Positions 41,554 through 52,338 of a DNA stretch of 64,000 bases are shown here, piece by piece. A program made the translations under genes and the position numbers. Every line of letters begins with the position of its first letter. Positions within the stretch are counted from its first letter, which is position 1. The notes below the pieces were generated by a model. That model was not told the origin of the DNA. It worked only from the letters and a program-made list of their open reading frames with translations, and made no database searches. The DNA is from an uncultured Clostridia bacterium (GTDB taxonomy: Bacteria > Bacillota > Clostridia > TANB77 > CAG-508), in contig CALXFE010000002.1 in the NCBI GenBank assembly GCA_944387545.1, positions 3,611 through 67,610 of the forward strand, in the 5' to 3' direction.

Positions 41554-43323
41554 ATGTTTAAAAAATTAGCAAGTTATATTAAAGAATACAAAAAAGAGAC
41601 TATATTAACACCTATTTTTGTTGTTTTAGAAGTGGTTATGGAGGTTGTTATTCCATTACTAATGGCAAAAATTATTGATGTCGGAATCCAAAATGGAGAT
41701 GTTCACTATATCTTAGAAATGGGTGTATTACTAATTATTTCAGCGATATTATCTTTAACTTTTGGAATGCTATCAGGAAGATTTGCAGCAAAAGCTTCAT
41801 CAGGATATGCTAAAAATTTAAGAAAAGCAATGTTTCATAAGGTTCAAGACTATTCATTTGAAAACATAGACAAATTTTCAACCTCAAGTTTAGTGACACG
41901 TATGACAACTGATGTTACTAATGTGCAAATGGCTTTCCAAATGATTATCAGAATTTTGGTTAGAGGACCAATTATGATGATATTTGCTTTGTTAATGGTT
42001 ATGTCTATTAGTTTGAAATTGTCAGCTGTCTTTTTCGTAGCCATACCAGTTTTAGGAGCTATATTGTTCTACATAGCCATAAAAGCACATCCTAATTTCG
42101 AAAGAGTATTTAAAAAATATGATAAATTAAATCGAGTTGTGCAAGAAAATGTATCTGCCATTAGAGTTGTAAAAGCCTATGTCAGAGAATCTTTTGAAGA
42201 AAAGAAATTCAAAGAAGTCAATGATGAAGTATATGATAATTTCAAAAAAGCAGAAAAAATTGTTGCATTTAATGGACCTGTTATGCAATTTACCATTTAT
42301 ACTTGTATTTTATTAATCTCATGGATTGGTACACAATTAATTGTTGGTGGAGAAATGGGAACAGGACAATTATCAAGTATTATTACATATGCATGGCAAA
42401 TCCTTGCAAGTTTGATGATGTTATCTTTTGTATTTGTTATGATTATCATGGCACAATCATCAGCAGAAAGAATTATAGAAGTTATTGATGAAGAACCAAC
42501 CATAAAAGATAAAGAAAATCCAGTAACAGAAGTAAAAGACGGTTCTATCAAATTTGAAAATGTTAGTTTTCAATATAGTGATGAAGAGAAAGATGATAAA
42601 TTTGCACTGGAAAATATTAATTTAGATATTAAAGCAGGAGAAACCATAGGAATTATTGGTGGAACAGGAAGTTCAAAATCAACACTTGTACAATTAATAC
42701 CAAGATTATATGATGTCACAAAAGGAAGCATCAAAGTAGGAGGCGTTGATGTTAAAGATTATGAAATTCACGCTTTAAGAGATGCTGTAGCTATGGTATT
42801 ACAAAAAAATGTGTTATTTTCAGGAACAATTGCTGAAAACTTAAGATGGGGAAATAAAGAAGCAGATCAAGAAGAATTAGAAGAAGCGTGTAAATTAGCA
42901 CAAGCAGATGGATTTATTAAAGAATTCCCTAGCAAATATGAGACTGTACTAGATCAAGGTGGTACAAATGTTTCGGGAGGACAAAAACAAAGAATTTGTA
43001 TTGCAAGAGCAATGCTAAAGAAACCAAAAATATTAATTTTAGATGATTCAACAAGTGCAGTTGATACCAAAACAGATGCGTTAATTCGTAAAGCATTTAG
43101 AGAAGAAATTCCAAATACAACCAAAATTATTATTGCACAGAGAGTTTCTTCAGTTGAAGATGCAGATAAAATTATCGTTTTAAATGATGGAAAAATAGAT
43201 GGAATTGGAACATCAGAAGAATTACTAAAAACAAATGAAATTTATAGAGAAGTATATGAATCACAGATGAAAGGAGGAGACGAAGATGGAGAAAGTGAAG
43301 GGCAAGAAAAGAAAGACAATTAA
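41554..43323 (+). CDS. Heterodimeric multidrug ABC exporter, subunit 1
   Basis: TM domain + NBD with degenerate Walker A GGTGSSKS, SGGQKQR, LDDSTSA. Confidence 0.93.
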   Translation: MFKKLASYIKEYKKETILTPIFVVLEVVMEVVIPLLMAKIIDVGIQNGDVHYILEMGVLLIISAILSLTFGMLSGRFAAKASSGYAKNLRKAMFHKVQDYSFENIDKFSTSSLVTRMTTDVTNVQMAFQMIIRILVRGPIMMIFALLMVMSISLKLSAVFFVAIPVLGAILFYIAIKAHPNFERVFKKYDKLNRVVQENVSAIRVVKAYVRESFEEKKFKEVNDEVYDNFKKAEKIVAFNGPVMQFTIYTCILLISWIGTQLIVGGEMGTGQLSSIITYAWQILASLMMLSFVFVMIIMAQSSAERIIEVIDEEPTIKDKENPVTEVKDGSIKFENVSFQYSDEEKDDKFALENINLDIKAGETIGIIGGTGSSKSTLVQLIPRLYDVTKGSIKVGGVDVKDYEIHALRDAVAMVLQKNVLFSGTIAENLRWGNKEADQEELEEACKLAQADGFIKEFPSKYETVLDQGGTNVSGGQKQRICIARAMLKKPKILILDDSTSAVDTKTDALIRKAFREEIPNTTKIIIAQRVSSVEDADKIIVLNDGKIDGIGTSEELLKTNEIYREVYESQMKGGDEDGESEGQEKKDN

Positions 43324-45148
43324 AAGATTATTGAAATATGTAACTGAAAATTATAAATTACAATTAGCAGTGGTTTTAGTTAGTATTATCATTAGTGCTT
43401 TAGTAGGTGTACTTGGTACGCAATTTATCAAATACTTAATTGATGATTTTATTACACCACTTTTAGGAAATGAGTCTCCAGATTATTCAGCATTATTAAA
43501 TGTGATTATGATAATGGCAGTTATCTATTTAGTAGGTGTGGTTTGTACATTTACATATAACCGATTAATGGTTAATATATCACAAGGTGTTTTAAATAAA
43601 ATTCGTACACAAATGTTTAATCATATGCAAAAATTACCAATCAGATATTTTGATAGCAGAACACATGGAGACATTATGAGTACATATACAAATGACGTAG
43701 ATACACTAAGACAAATGTTAAGCCAAAGTATTCCTCAAGTATTTTCAGCTTGTGTTTCTATGGTAGCTGTACTATTTGCAATGCTTGCAACCAATATCTA
43801 TTTAACACTTGTGGTATTAGCAATGGTTATATTGATGGTATTTGTTTCTAGATATTTAGGAGGAAACAGTTCAAGATTCTTCGTTAAGCAACAAGAAGAT
43901 ATTGGAAAAGTCAATGGATACATTGAAGAAATGATGGAAGGACAAAAAGTTGTCAAAGTGTTTAATTATGAAGAAGATTCAAAAGCAAAATTTGATGACT
44001 TAAACGAAGAATTATGTGATAGTATGACAAAAGCCAATATGTATGCTAATATTTTAATGCCTTGTATCATGAATATTGGTAACTTAGGATATGTATTAGT
44101 TGCTGTTATTGGTGGTATCTTATCTGTTAATGGCATCTTAACAATTGGTAGTATTGCGGCCTTTTTACAATATGTAAAAGCCTTCACAAACCCATTAGGT
44201 CAAGTTTCTCAACAAATGAACTCTATCATTATGGCACTAGCTGGTGCTGAAAGAATCTTTGATCTAATTGACCAAGAAGAAGAGGTGGATGAGGGATATG
44301 TAACATTAGTTAATGCAAAAATGGAAAATGGAAAAATTGTAGAAGCAGAAGAAAGAACAGGAATGTGGGCATGGAAACATCCACATAAAGATGGAAGAAT
44401 TACCTATACAAGACTTCGTGGTCAAGTAGAATTTGAAAATGTACAATTTGGATATGAACCAAAGAAACGAATTTTACATGATATTAGCTTAACAGCTAAG
44501 GAAGGTCAAAAAGTATCATTTGTTGGTGCAACAGGAGCAGGAAAAACAACGATTACAAACTTAATCAACAGATTTTATGATATACAAGATGGAAAAATTC
44601 GTTATGATAGAATTAATATTAGAAAAATAAAGAAAGATGACCTAAGAAGATCACTAGGAATGGTATTACAAGATACAAGTCTATTTACAGGAACCATCAG
44701 AGACAATATCCGTTATGGAAAACTAAATGCAACAGATGAAGAGGTTGAAGCAGCTGCAAAATTATCAAATGCAGACAAATTCATTAAACATTTACCACAT
44801 GGATATGATACCATGATAACTGGAAATGGAGAAGGGTTATCACAAGGACAAAGACAACTACTATCCATTGCAAGAGCAGCATTAAACAATCCACCAGTAT
44901 TAATCTTAGATGAAGCAACATCAAGTATTGATACCAGAACAGAAAAAATTGTTCAAGAAGGAATGGATAAACTAATGAAGGGAAGAACCGTATTTGTTAT
45001 AGCCCATAGACTTTCTACTATCAAAAATTCAGATTTAATTATGGTATTAGACCATGGTAGAATCATTGAAAGAGGAAACCATAACGAACTAATTGCCCAA
45101 AAAGGAACTTATTATGGTTTATATACAGGTGCAATTGAAATAGATTAA
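43286..45148 (+). CDS. Heterodimeric multidrug ABC exporter, subunit 2
   Basis: GATGAGKT, SQGQRQ, LDEATSS, IAHRL. Confidence 0.93.
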   Translation: MEKVKGKKRKTIKRLLKYVTENYKLQLAVVLVSIIISALVGVLGTQFIKYLIDDFITPLLGNESPDYSALLNVIMIMAVIYLVGVVCTFTYNRLMVNISQGVLNKIRTQMFNHMQKLPIRYFDSRTHGDIMSTYTNDVDTLRQMLSQSIPQVFSACVSMVAVLFAMLATNIYLTLVVLAMVILMVFVSRYLGGNSSRFFVKQQEDIGKVNGYIEEMMEGQKVVKVFNYEEDSKAKFDDLNEELCDSMTKANMYANILMPCIMNIGNLGYVLVAVIGGILSVNGILTIGSIAAFLQYVKAFTNPLGQVSQQMNSIIMALAGAERIFDLIDQEEEVDEGYVTLVNAKMENGKIVEAEERTGMWAWKHPHKDGRITYTRLRGQVEFENVQFGYEPKKRILHDISLTAKEGQKVSFVGATGAGKTTITNLINRFYDIQDGKIRYDRINIRKIKKDDLRRSLGMVLQDTSLFTGTIRDNIRYGKLNATDEEVEAAAKLSNADKFIKHLPHGYDTMITGNGEGLSQGQRQLLSIARAALNNPPVLILDEATSSIDTRTEKIVQEGMDKLMKGRTVFVIAHRLSTIKNSDLIMVLDHGRIIERGNHNELIAQKGTYYGLYTGAIEID

Positions 45149-45180
45149 TGTCCATTTGGGGACGTTTCTGTTTGGGACAT
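45148..45180 (+). repeat. Short GGGAC REP-like unit, copy a
   Basis: atgtccatttggggacgtttctgtttgggacat; 32/33 identical to 46570-46602; self-complementary ends. Confidence 0.8.
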
Positions 45181-45400
45181 TTTTAAACTTAACACAGGAT
45201 AGAGATAACCTATTCTGTGTTTTTTATGTATAGAAAAGCACTAGAAATTTAAGGGAAAATCCGTTTATAAGGTGTACAAAAAGGTATTCTTATGATAAAA
45301 TACAAAAGGAAAAATGAAATGAGAATATTCATAAATGCAATTATATATAATTGCATACTTGATGAATGAAAGGAATTTAATAAGAAAGGAAGAATGAAAA

Positions 45401-46564
45401 ATGAGTGATATGACAATTTCAAAGGATATGATTCATATTGGAGCAGGTGATAAACATATAAACATATTTGAGAATCAATATGTCTTAAAAAATGGAATGA
45501 GTTATAATTCTTATTTAATTAAAGATGAGAAAAATGTTGTATTAGATACAATTGATGAAAAATTAACAGATACATGGATAGAAAATCTAGAAAAGGCACT
45601 AAATGGAGAAGAACCAGATTATCTAATTGTTTCCCACATGGAGCCAGACCATGCATATAATATAGGGGTATTGGCAAAAAAATATCCAGAAATGAAAGTA
45701 GTCGGAAATCAACTTACCTTTAATATGCTTTCAAATTTCTTTAAAGAAATTGATTTTTCAAATAGGAAATTTGTTGTTATGGAAGGAGATGTACTAGACA
45801 TTGGAAAACATAAGTTACAATTCTTTATGGCACCAATGGTACATTGGCCAGAAGTTATGGTAACCTATGAACAAACAGAAAAAATTCTATTTTCAGCAGA
45901 TGCATTCGGAAAATTTGGAGCATTAGATGTAGAAGAAGAATGGGAAAGTGAAGCCAGAAGATATTACTTTGGAATTGTTGGAAAATATGGAATGCAAGTA
46001 CAAGCGCTATTGAAAAAAGTAGCAAATCTAGATATTCAAACGATATGTCCTTTACATGGACCTATTTTAAAAGAAAATTTAGAATATTATATAGATAAAT
46101 ATAATACATGGAGTAGTTATCAGCCAGAAGAAGAAGGCGTATATATAGCTTGTAGTTCTATTTATGGAAACACCTTAAAAGCCGCTAAAAAAATGGAAGA
46201 AATCTTAAAAGAAAAAGGTATAAAAAAAGTTGTTTTAGGAGATTTAACAAAACAAGATTGGGCAGAAGCTGTAGGAGAAGCTTTTAAATATTCTCACTTA
46301 ATTGTAGCATCTTCTAGTTATAATACAGGGCTATTTCCACCTATGAACCAATTCTTAAATCACTTAAAAGAAAGAAGTTATCAAAATAGAACGGTAGGAA
46401 TTATAGAAAATGGTTCATGGGCACCTTCAGCAGGAAAATGTATGAAGGGAATTTTAGAAGAAATGAAAAATATGAATATCATTGAACCAATTATTACGAT
46501 AAAATCAACAATGAGTGATGAAAATATAGCACAAATGGAAGAAATGGCAAATAGTCTTATGTAA
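45401..46564 (+). CDS. fprA: Flavodiiron protein (FprA/NorV family)
   Basis: GMSYNSYLI, SHMEPDH, HWPE, FSADAFG, PLHG, flavodoxin domain. Confidence 0.92.
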   Translation: MSDMTISKDMIHIGAGDKHINIFENQYVLKNGMSYNSYLIKDEKNVVLDTIDEKLTDTWIENLEKALNGEEPDYLIVSHMEPDHAYNIGVLAKKYPEMKVVGNQLTFNMLSNFFKEIDFSNRKFVVMEGDVLDIGKHKLQFFMAPMVHWPEVMVTYEQTEKILFSADAFGKFGALDVEEEWESEARRYYFGIVGKYGMQVQALLKKVANLDIQTICPLHGPILKENLEYYIDKYNTWSSYQPEEEGVYIACSSIYGNTLKAAKKMEEILKEKGIKKVVLGDLTKQDWAEAVGEAFKYSHLIVASSSYNTGLFPPMNQFLNHLKERSYQNRTVGIIENGSWAPSAGKCMKGILEEMKNMNIIEPIITIKSTMSDENIAQMEEMANSLM

Positions 46565-46569
46565 TGAAA

Positions 46570-46602
46570 ATGTCCAATTGGGGACGTTTCTGTTTGGGAC
46601 AT
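46570..46602 (+). repeat. Short GGGAC REP-like unit, copy b
   Basis: atgtccaattggggacgtttctgtttgggacat. Confidence 0.8.
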
Positions 46603-46638
46603 ATTGATAAACATAAGGAAACATATATTAACGAAATA

Positions 46639-46697
46639 AAAAAATGATTATTGAGAAAAAATTCGCTAAGGAACGAATTTTCCAATAATCATTTTTT
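46639..46697. terminator. Bidirectional terminator
   Basis: aaaaaatgattattg / caataatcatttttt with inner aaattcg/cgaattt. Confidence 0.7.
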
Positions 46698-46712
46698 GAA
46701 ATATAGAAGAAA

Positions 46713-47213
46713 TTAGTCATTATTTTCATTGGCTAAAACAGAATCTTCTGCCATGTTATTTTTAGATTGGATTGCTCTTAAAATTGCTCTACTAATAGGA
46801 CCAGCAACTAAGATATTTAAGAAAAATGCTGCACAAAAATTTCTAGGCCATCTAATAAAGAATTCATTAAAAATTGTTTGAGCATTATCTCCACCTAAAA
46901 ATCCACCAATAATTGTCATTACTAAAGACATTAAAGTAACAATAAAGAAACAATTAAATAGAATGTATGCATTTTTACTATCAGATTTATCAACAAATTT
47001 TTCTAATAATATATGATTGATTTTTCCAATAACTACATTTTCTAAAATAAAGGCAATGATAAAGGTTACAGGAAAAGCGATAATAGCCGTTTTTATAGAA
47101 TTTAAATTAAATCCACTTAGATGAATAGAAATATTTAAAAGCCCCATAAAAAATACCATAATCAAACACATACTAATTCCAAAAATAAGACCTTCTTTTT
47201 TATTTGTTGGCAT
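46713..47213 (-). CDS. DUF2798-like membrane protein
   Basis: MP.NKKE..IF...M...MV..M, WPRNF, VAGP..R; 4 TM helices. Confidence 0.75.
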   Translation of the reverse strand: MPTNKKEGLIFGISMCLIMVFFMGLLNISIHLSGFNLNSIKTAIIAFPVTFIIAFILENVVIGKINHILLEKFVDKSDSKNAYILFNCFFIVTLMSLVMTIIGGFLGGDNAQTIFNEFFIRWPRNFCAAFFLNILVAGPISRAILRAIQSKNNMAEDSVLANENND

Positions 47214-47454
47214 AACATAACCTCCTTTCTTACATAAAAATAACGTGTAACAAAACTGGATTTACGCCACTAAAGCTACGCGTTTACATACTTATATATT
47301 ATATCATATTTGGAAAATTGATGTAATAGTAAATTTTAAAAAAATCAAAAAATTTTTTCTTGTGTATAAAATATGAAAATGATATAATGCTGTCAAATGG
47401 GATGAACTTTAAAGACTTTCCTTAAAGTTCACAAAAACGAAGGTTGGTGATTTT

Positions 47455-47640
47455 ATGTCACATAAAAAAATGGAAACAGGATTAATTGTAATAAAACATT
47501 CAAAATTTGATAAAATAAGAAGAGGTCTGATGATGTTTTTTTATGGAAAAGATTATAAAATATTTGAGAATTACCAACAACTAATAAAAGTAAATAGACC
47601 AAAAAATATTATTATTCCAAAAGAAATCAAAGACCATTAA
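47455..47640 (+). CDS. Small hypothetical protein (61 aa)
   Basis: ggtg-type RBS, TGnTATAAT upstream, C-terminal IIIPKEI. Confidence 0.55.
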   Translation: MSHKKMETGLIVIKHSKFDKIRRGLMMFFYGKDYKIFENYQQLIKVNRPKNIIIPKEIKDH

Positions 47641-47660
47641 AATAAATGAAAGGTGAAAAT

Positions 47661-48635
47661 ATGTGTACTTGTATGACATTTAAAACAAAAGATGTTTATT
47701 TTGGAAGAAATTTAGATTTAGAATCTAATTTTGGAGAAAAAGTGATCGTAACACCTAGGAATTATGAATTTATTTTGAAGAACAATGAAAAAATGAAAAC
47801 AAAGTATGCCATGATAGGAATGGGAACGATTATAGAGGGATATCCATTATATGCAGATAGCGGAAATGAAAAAGGGCTATGTATGGCAGGATTATATTTT
47901 CCAGGAAATGCGGTCTATTTTGATGAAAAAGAAAATGTTATCAATATAGCTTCATTCGAATTGATTCCATGGTGTTTAGGAAATTTTTCAAGTATAGCAG
48001 AATTAAGAAACGTATTAGAAAAGATAAATATAACCAACCAACCAATTCAGAAAAATATACCAGTAGTAGATTTACATTGGATGATTAGTGATGAAAAAGA
48101 ATGTATTGTATTAGAACAAACGAATAACGGATTACAAATTTATGATAATCCTTATGGTGTTTTAACCAATAATCCACCTTTTGGTTATCATGATATCAAT
48201 ATAAATAATTATATGAATATATCTGCTAAATTTCCAACCAATACATTTTCAAGAGAAATTCCTTTGAAACCATATGGACAAGGAATGGGAATGATAGGAT
48301 TACCAGGAGATGCCACACCAGTTTCTAGATTTGTGAGGACAGTATTTTATAAATTTAATTCAATAACAGATGAAGATGAAGAAAGTTCTATTTCTCAATT
48401 TTTTCATATCTTAGATGCTGTTTCCATGATAAAGGGGAGTGTTATCACCAAAGAAAATCACTATGATATGACAACCTATTCTTCTTGTATGAATGCAAGC
48501 AAAGGCGTATACTACTTTAAAACTTACTATAATAATCAAATCAATGTAGTTTCATTAAATGAAAAAAATAAGAATGAAGATACATTGCAAATCTATGAAT
48601 TACCCAAAAGACAACATATACAATATTTAAATTGA
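47661..48635 (+). CDS. Choloylglycine hydrolase / bile salt hydrolase family (Ntn hydrolase)
   Basis: Cys2 nucleophile (MCT), GRNLD, NEKGL, VLTNNP, GLPGD...SRFVR. Confidence 0.9.
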   Translation: MCTCMTFKTKDVYFGRNLDLESNFGEKVIVTPRNYEFILKNNEKMKTKYAMIGMGTIIEGYPLYADSGNEKGLCMAGLYFPGNAVYFDEKENVINIASFELIPWCLGNFSSIAELRNVLEKINITNQPIQKNIPVVDLHWMISDEKECIVLEQTNNGLQIYDNPYGVLTNNPPFGYHDININNYMNISAKFPTNTFSREIPLKPYGQGMGMIGLPGDATPVSRFVRTVFYKFNSITDEDEESSISQFFHILDAVSMIKGSVITKENHYDMTTYSSCMNASKGVYYFKTYYNNQINVVSLNEKNKNEDTLQIYELPKRQHIQYLN

Positions 48636-48780
48636 AATGAAAGATGATTTGTCAAAAATAAGGCAAATACATCTTTTTTTCTTTGGAATAATGAAAAATC
48701 TAAAAAAAGATGATATAATAAAATATAGTAATGATTAACCAGTATCATAGGTATAAAAAAAATATAAGAGAGGAAAGAAA

Positions 48781-49806
48781 ATGAAAAATATTAAAGACTA
48801 TACATTAGACGAATTAAAAGAAGAGCTAAAAGAAATTGGAGAAAAACCATTTCGAGCAGAACAAATATATAAATGGCTATATGAAGCAAGAGTATCTCAT
48901 TTTGATGAAATGACAAATTTGTCATTAGAATTAAGAGAAAAGTTAAAACAAGAATATGTAATCAAAGAATTTAACATATTAAAAGAACAAGTAGCAACCG
49001 ATGGAACTATAAAATATTTATTTGACGTGTTAGATGGAAATGCCATTGAAACTGTATTGATGAAATATCATCATGGATATAGTATTTGTGTATCTTCACA
49101 AATTGGATGTAAGATGGGATGTAAATTTTGTGCATCAACAGGAATTCCATTTGTAAGAAATCTAACAAGTGGGGAAATCATTGAACAAATCATGGCTGCT
49201 GAAAGAGACGAAAATATTAAAATTTCGAATATCGTATTTATGGGAATTGGAGAACCACTAAATAACTATGACAATGTCGTAAAAGCAATTAGAATTATCA
49301 ATCATCCAAAAGGGTTAAACATTGGTGCTAGACATATTAGTATATCTACAAGCGGTTTAGTTCCAAGAATTTACAAATTGGCAGAAGAAAACATACAATG
49401 TACATTATCTATTTCTTTACATGCAACAACTAATGAGAAAAGAAGTGAAATGATGCCAATTAATAATGCATTTCCAATAGAAGAATTATTACAAGCTTGC
49501 AAATCCTATATAGAAAAAACACATAGAAGAATTTCTTTCGAATATGCCTTAGCAAAAGAAAATAATGATAATTTAGAAGATGCCAAACGATTAGTAAAAA
49601 TGTTAAAAGGAATGCTTTGTCATGTCAATTTAATTCCCATTAACAAAATAGAAAATGGAACATATACCAAAAGTTCAAATGAAAATATCATGAAATTCAG
49701 AGATTACTTAAATGACCATGGAATTGTAGCAACCATTAGGAGAGAATTAGGCTCAGATATAGATGCAGCCTGTGGACAATTAAGGAGAAAAAATTTGAAC
49801 CATTAG
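48781..49806 (+). CDS. rlmN: 23S rRNA m2A2503 / tRNA methyltransferase RlmN
   Basis: CVSSQIGCKMGCKFC radical-SAM motif, FMGIGEP, AACGQL. Confidence 0.97.
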   Translation: MKNIKDYTLDELKEELKEIGEKPFRAEQIYKWLYEARVSHFDEMTNLSLELREKLKQEYVIKEFNILKEQVATDGTIKYLFDVLDGNAIETVLMKYHHGYSICVSSQIGCKMGCKFCASTGIPFVRNLTSGEIIEQIMAAERDENIKISNIVFMGIGEPLNNYDNVVKAIRIINHPKGLNIGARHISISTSGLVPRIYKLAEENIQCTLSISLHATTNEKRSEMMPINNAFPIEELLQACKSYIEKTHRRISFEYALAKENNDNLEDAKRLVKMLKGMLCHVNLIPINKIENGTYTKSSNENIMKFRDYLNDHGIVATIRRELGSDIDAACGQLRRKNLNH

Positions 49807-50059
49807 GGACGTGCCAAATCGGACATTTTTTGTCCAAAAGGGACAGACCTAATTTGTTATTGTAATTAATATAAAAAATAAAACAGAAAAATTATACATA
49901 TTTATATATTTTTTTCTGTTTTATTTTGTTTTTTTGTGAATTCTTCTAATATAATAATTTATAATTACAAAAAATAATTATAGATAGTTATACACTTTTA
50001 TTAGGTCTGTCCCTTTTGGACAAAAAATGTCCGATTTGGCACGTCCCTAATGGTTCAAA
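49794..50059. repeat. REPIN/MITE-like composite palindrome: perfect 60-bp inverted arms
   Basis: 49794-49853 is the exact reverse complement of 50000-50059; inner 17-bp stem 49875-49891/49911-49927. Confidence 0.9.
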
Positions 50060-52338
50060 ATTTTAAGCAAACTTTCAATATCTTTTTTACAATTCATCAT
50101 TTCATAGTCTTTAATAGCTTTTTGACAAAATTCTTGTGCTTTTTCAAAATCATTGATATATACAGAATATATGGTTTGTAATCGATAATATAAAGCTTCA
50201 TTTCGGATATCATCTAAATCATTGTCTGTTAGAAAGTTTTCGCAAGCTTTTAATTGTGTATTTGCTTTTTTCAAAAGATTTGTGTCTTTATTAGTTGCAT
50301 AATTTTCTAATAGTAAAGAAATTAATAAAAGGCGATAATCTGCTTGACCACGGGTAAAATTGGCAAGTTTGGCTTCTTCTAGACGTTGAATTAACATGTT
50401 ATATTTTAAATCAAAGTTATTTTCAATTTTTAAATAACATCTAGTAATCCATAAATCTGTTACCAATTTTCGATATTCATTAATATAAGGAAAATAATTT
50501 TCTTTAATATTTATCCATATATCATAGCTTTCTTTATAATCCTTTAAACAGTTACAAGTATACAAGGCTTTTACATGATAAAATAAGCAAACAATACGTT
50601 TTTCTAAAGAATCTTTTTCTTTGTCAACAATTTTTGAGGCAATAGCTAAATATTTCTCTGCTTCTTCCTGATTTTGTGATTTAGACATGATATTAATATA
50701 ATCACACAAAGCTTCTAATTCTTCATTTTTATCTTGAATTTCATTTGCCATTTTTGCTCTTTTTAAATGGAGAGAATCCTCACCTTTATCCCACATACCT
50801 CTAACATAAATATAGTATTTTAGATTTCTAATAATGGTAATATATTCTTTGTATAATTTATTTTCTTCTAACATATTTAAAACTTGTTTTGTGATATTCC
50901 ATTCATCTAATTCATCAAATAGTTTTAATTTAGAAATATCGTTATAACATTCACCCACATATGCAGATTTATCTATATAAAATTTTGCCAAATGTTTTAA
51001 CAATATATCTTTATGAAAATCTTCTTCAGAAGCATTTACCAAGACAAGTGTTTTGATTAAATTGTGCATATCTAATCTAGGATGATTTTGAATAATTGGA
51101 ATTAATAAATCATTTGTATAACATTCTGTAATCGCTTCTTGCCACTCGTTTGATAATATATCTAAATGTAATATGTAAGAAACAAGTTCAATCGATATGG
51201 TATATTTGAAATTTGCACAAATGATGACGATTTTTTTAGCGATGGGACTTAATTCTTTCCATATGTCATGAATGATTTTTTCTGACATGAGTTTATAATC
51301 TTCATTTGTTTTTGTATATTTAGAAATGGCATTTTCCAAAGAAACACCTATCTTATTGGCATTCACAATTTTTTTCATTAGATAGATAGAGGCAAACGGA
51401 ATACCGCCAGTAATGGAATATAATGTATCAACTAATGAAGGTTGCATATCCATAATTTTTTTGAAATCTTCTATTGATGCAAGCATAGTTTTTAATTCTT
51501 CTTTAGAAATGAAATCATTAATACAAAAATTAGTGCAATAGGTATCTAACTGATTTTCATACTGATGATAAGGAATAGAGGTAATCATTACCATTTTTGA
51601 AAATTGAGAAAAGTTTTTTATAAATGCAATGGTTTCATCTTGTATAATATCATCATCAAAATCGAATATAAGGATAGATTTTGTGTTTTTTATAAACTGT
51701 AAACAAGCATCATATTTCTCTTCGAGTTTGATTTCTGCTTTATTTTCTAAGTTAAAAAGCAAAATGGTATCTAAAATAGTAGATAGTTGATTTTCCTTTT
51801 TTAGATTGATCCAAATCATATTTTCAAATTTATTTTTTAAGCTCAAATCATACATATATGCCATAACCGATTTTGATTTTCCACCTAATTTATATCCATA
51901 AATATAAGCAATATTAATAGGATGATTTACAAAATCATCTAAAAACGAAGTTAGTTTTTGAGAGCGAATAATTTTGCTTAAGTCTTGAGGAATTAGATTG
52001 TTTTTGGTTTGGATAGTTGTATCCTGAAAAATAACGGTGTTTGTAGCAGATAAATAATTTTTAGCAAATGTATCAATTTTAGAATCATCCACTTGTACCA
52101 ATTTTGCATATTCTAGAATTCCTTGAAGAAAACTAGGAATGTCTTTTGGAATACTACCAGTTAAAAATTTTCGGATACTCACTTCTGCATAATGTGTATA
52201 ATCTGAAATTCTGGTATAGATATATGTTTTGCTAGGTGATTCTCCTTTTATATTATGCTTTTTAATAGATAATTTTATTTCATTAATAAAATCATATAAT
52301 AATTTTGCTCTATTTGTTTTTAAGATATCTTGTTCCAT
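50047..52338 (-). CDS. HTH-NB-ARC (STAND NTPase)-TPR protein, probable transcription regulator/sensor
   Basis: XRE-like N-terminus (ISDYTHYAEVSIRKFLTG), Walker A YGYKLGGKS, Walker B ILIFD, MITS, GGIPFA (GxP), MHNL (MHD-like), helical-repeat C-terminus; RBS ggagg before ATG 52338. Confidence 0.75.
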   Translation of the reverse strand: MEQDILKTNRAKLLYDFINEIKLSIKKHNIKGESPSKTYIYTRISDYTHYAEVSIRKFLTGSIPKDIPSFLQGILEYAKLVQVDDSKIDTFAKNYLSATNTVIFQDTTIQTKNNLIPQDLSKIIRSQKLTSFLDDFVNHPINIAYIYGYKLGGKSKSVMAYMYDLSLKNKFENMIWINLKKENQLSTILDTILLFNLENKAEIKLEEKYDACLQFIKNTKSILIFDFDDDIIQDETIAFIKNFSQFSKMVMITSIPYHQYENQLDTYCTNFCINDFISKEELKTMLASIEDFKKIMDMQPSLVDTLYSITGGIPFASIYLMKKIVNANKIGVSLENAISKYTKTNEDYKLMSEKIIHDIWKELSPIAKKIVIICANFKYTISIELVSYILHLDILSNEWQEAITECYTNDLLIPIIQNHPRLDMHNLIKTLVLVNASEEDFHKDILLKHLAKFYIDKSAYVGECYNDISKLKLFDELDEWNITKQVLNMLEENKLYKEYITIIRNLKYYIYVRGMWDKGEDSLHLKRAKMANEIQDKNEELEALCDYINIMSKSQNQEEAEKYLAIASKIVDKEKDSLEKRIVCLFYHVKALYTCNCLKDYKESYDIWINIKENYFPYINEYRKLVTDLWITRCYLKIENNFDLKYNMLIQRLEEAKLANFTRGQADYRLLLISLLLENYATNKDTNLLKKANTQLKACENFLTDNDLDDIRNEALYYRLQTIYSVYINDFEKAQEFCQKAIKDYEMMNCKKDIESLLKILNH

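Noticed and set aside
45148-46602. 33-bp direct repeats as a CRISPR array or IS ends
   Set aside because: Only two copies 1.4 kb apart, no spacers, cas genes or transposase
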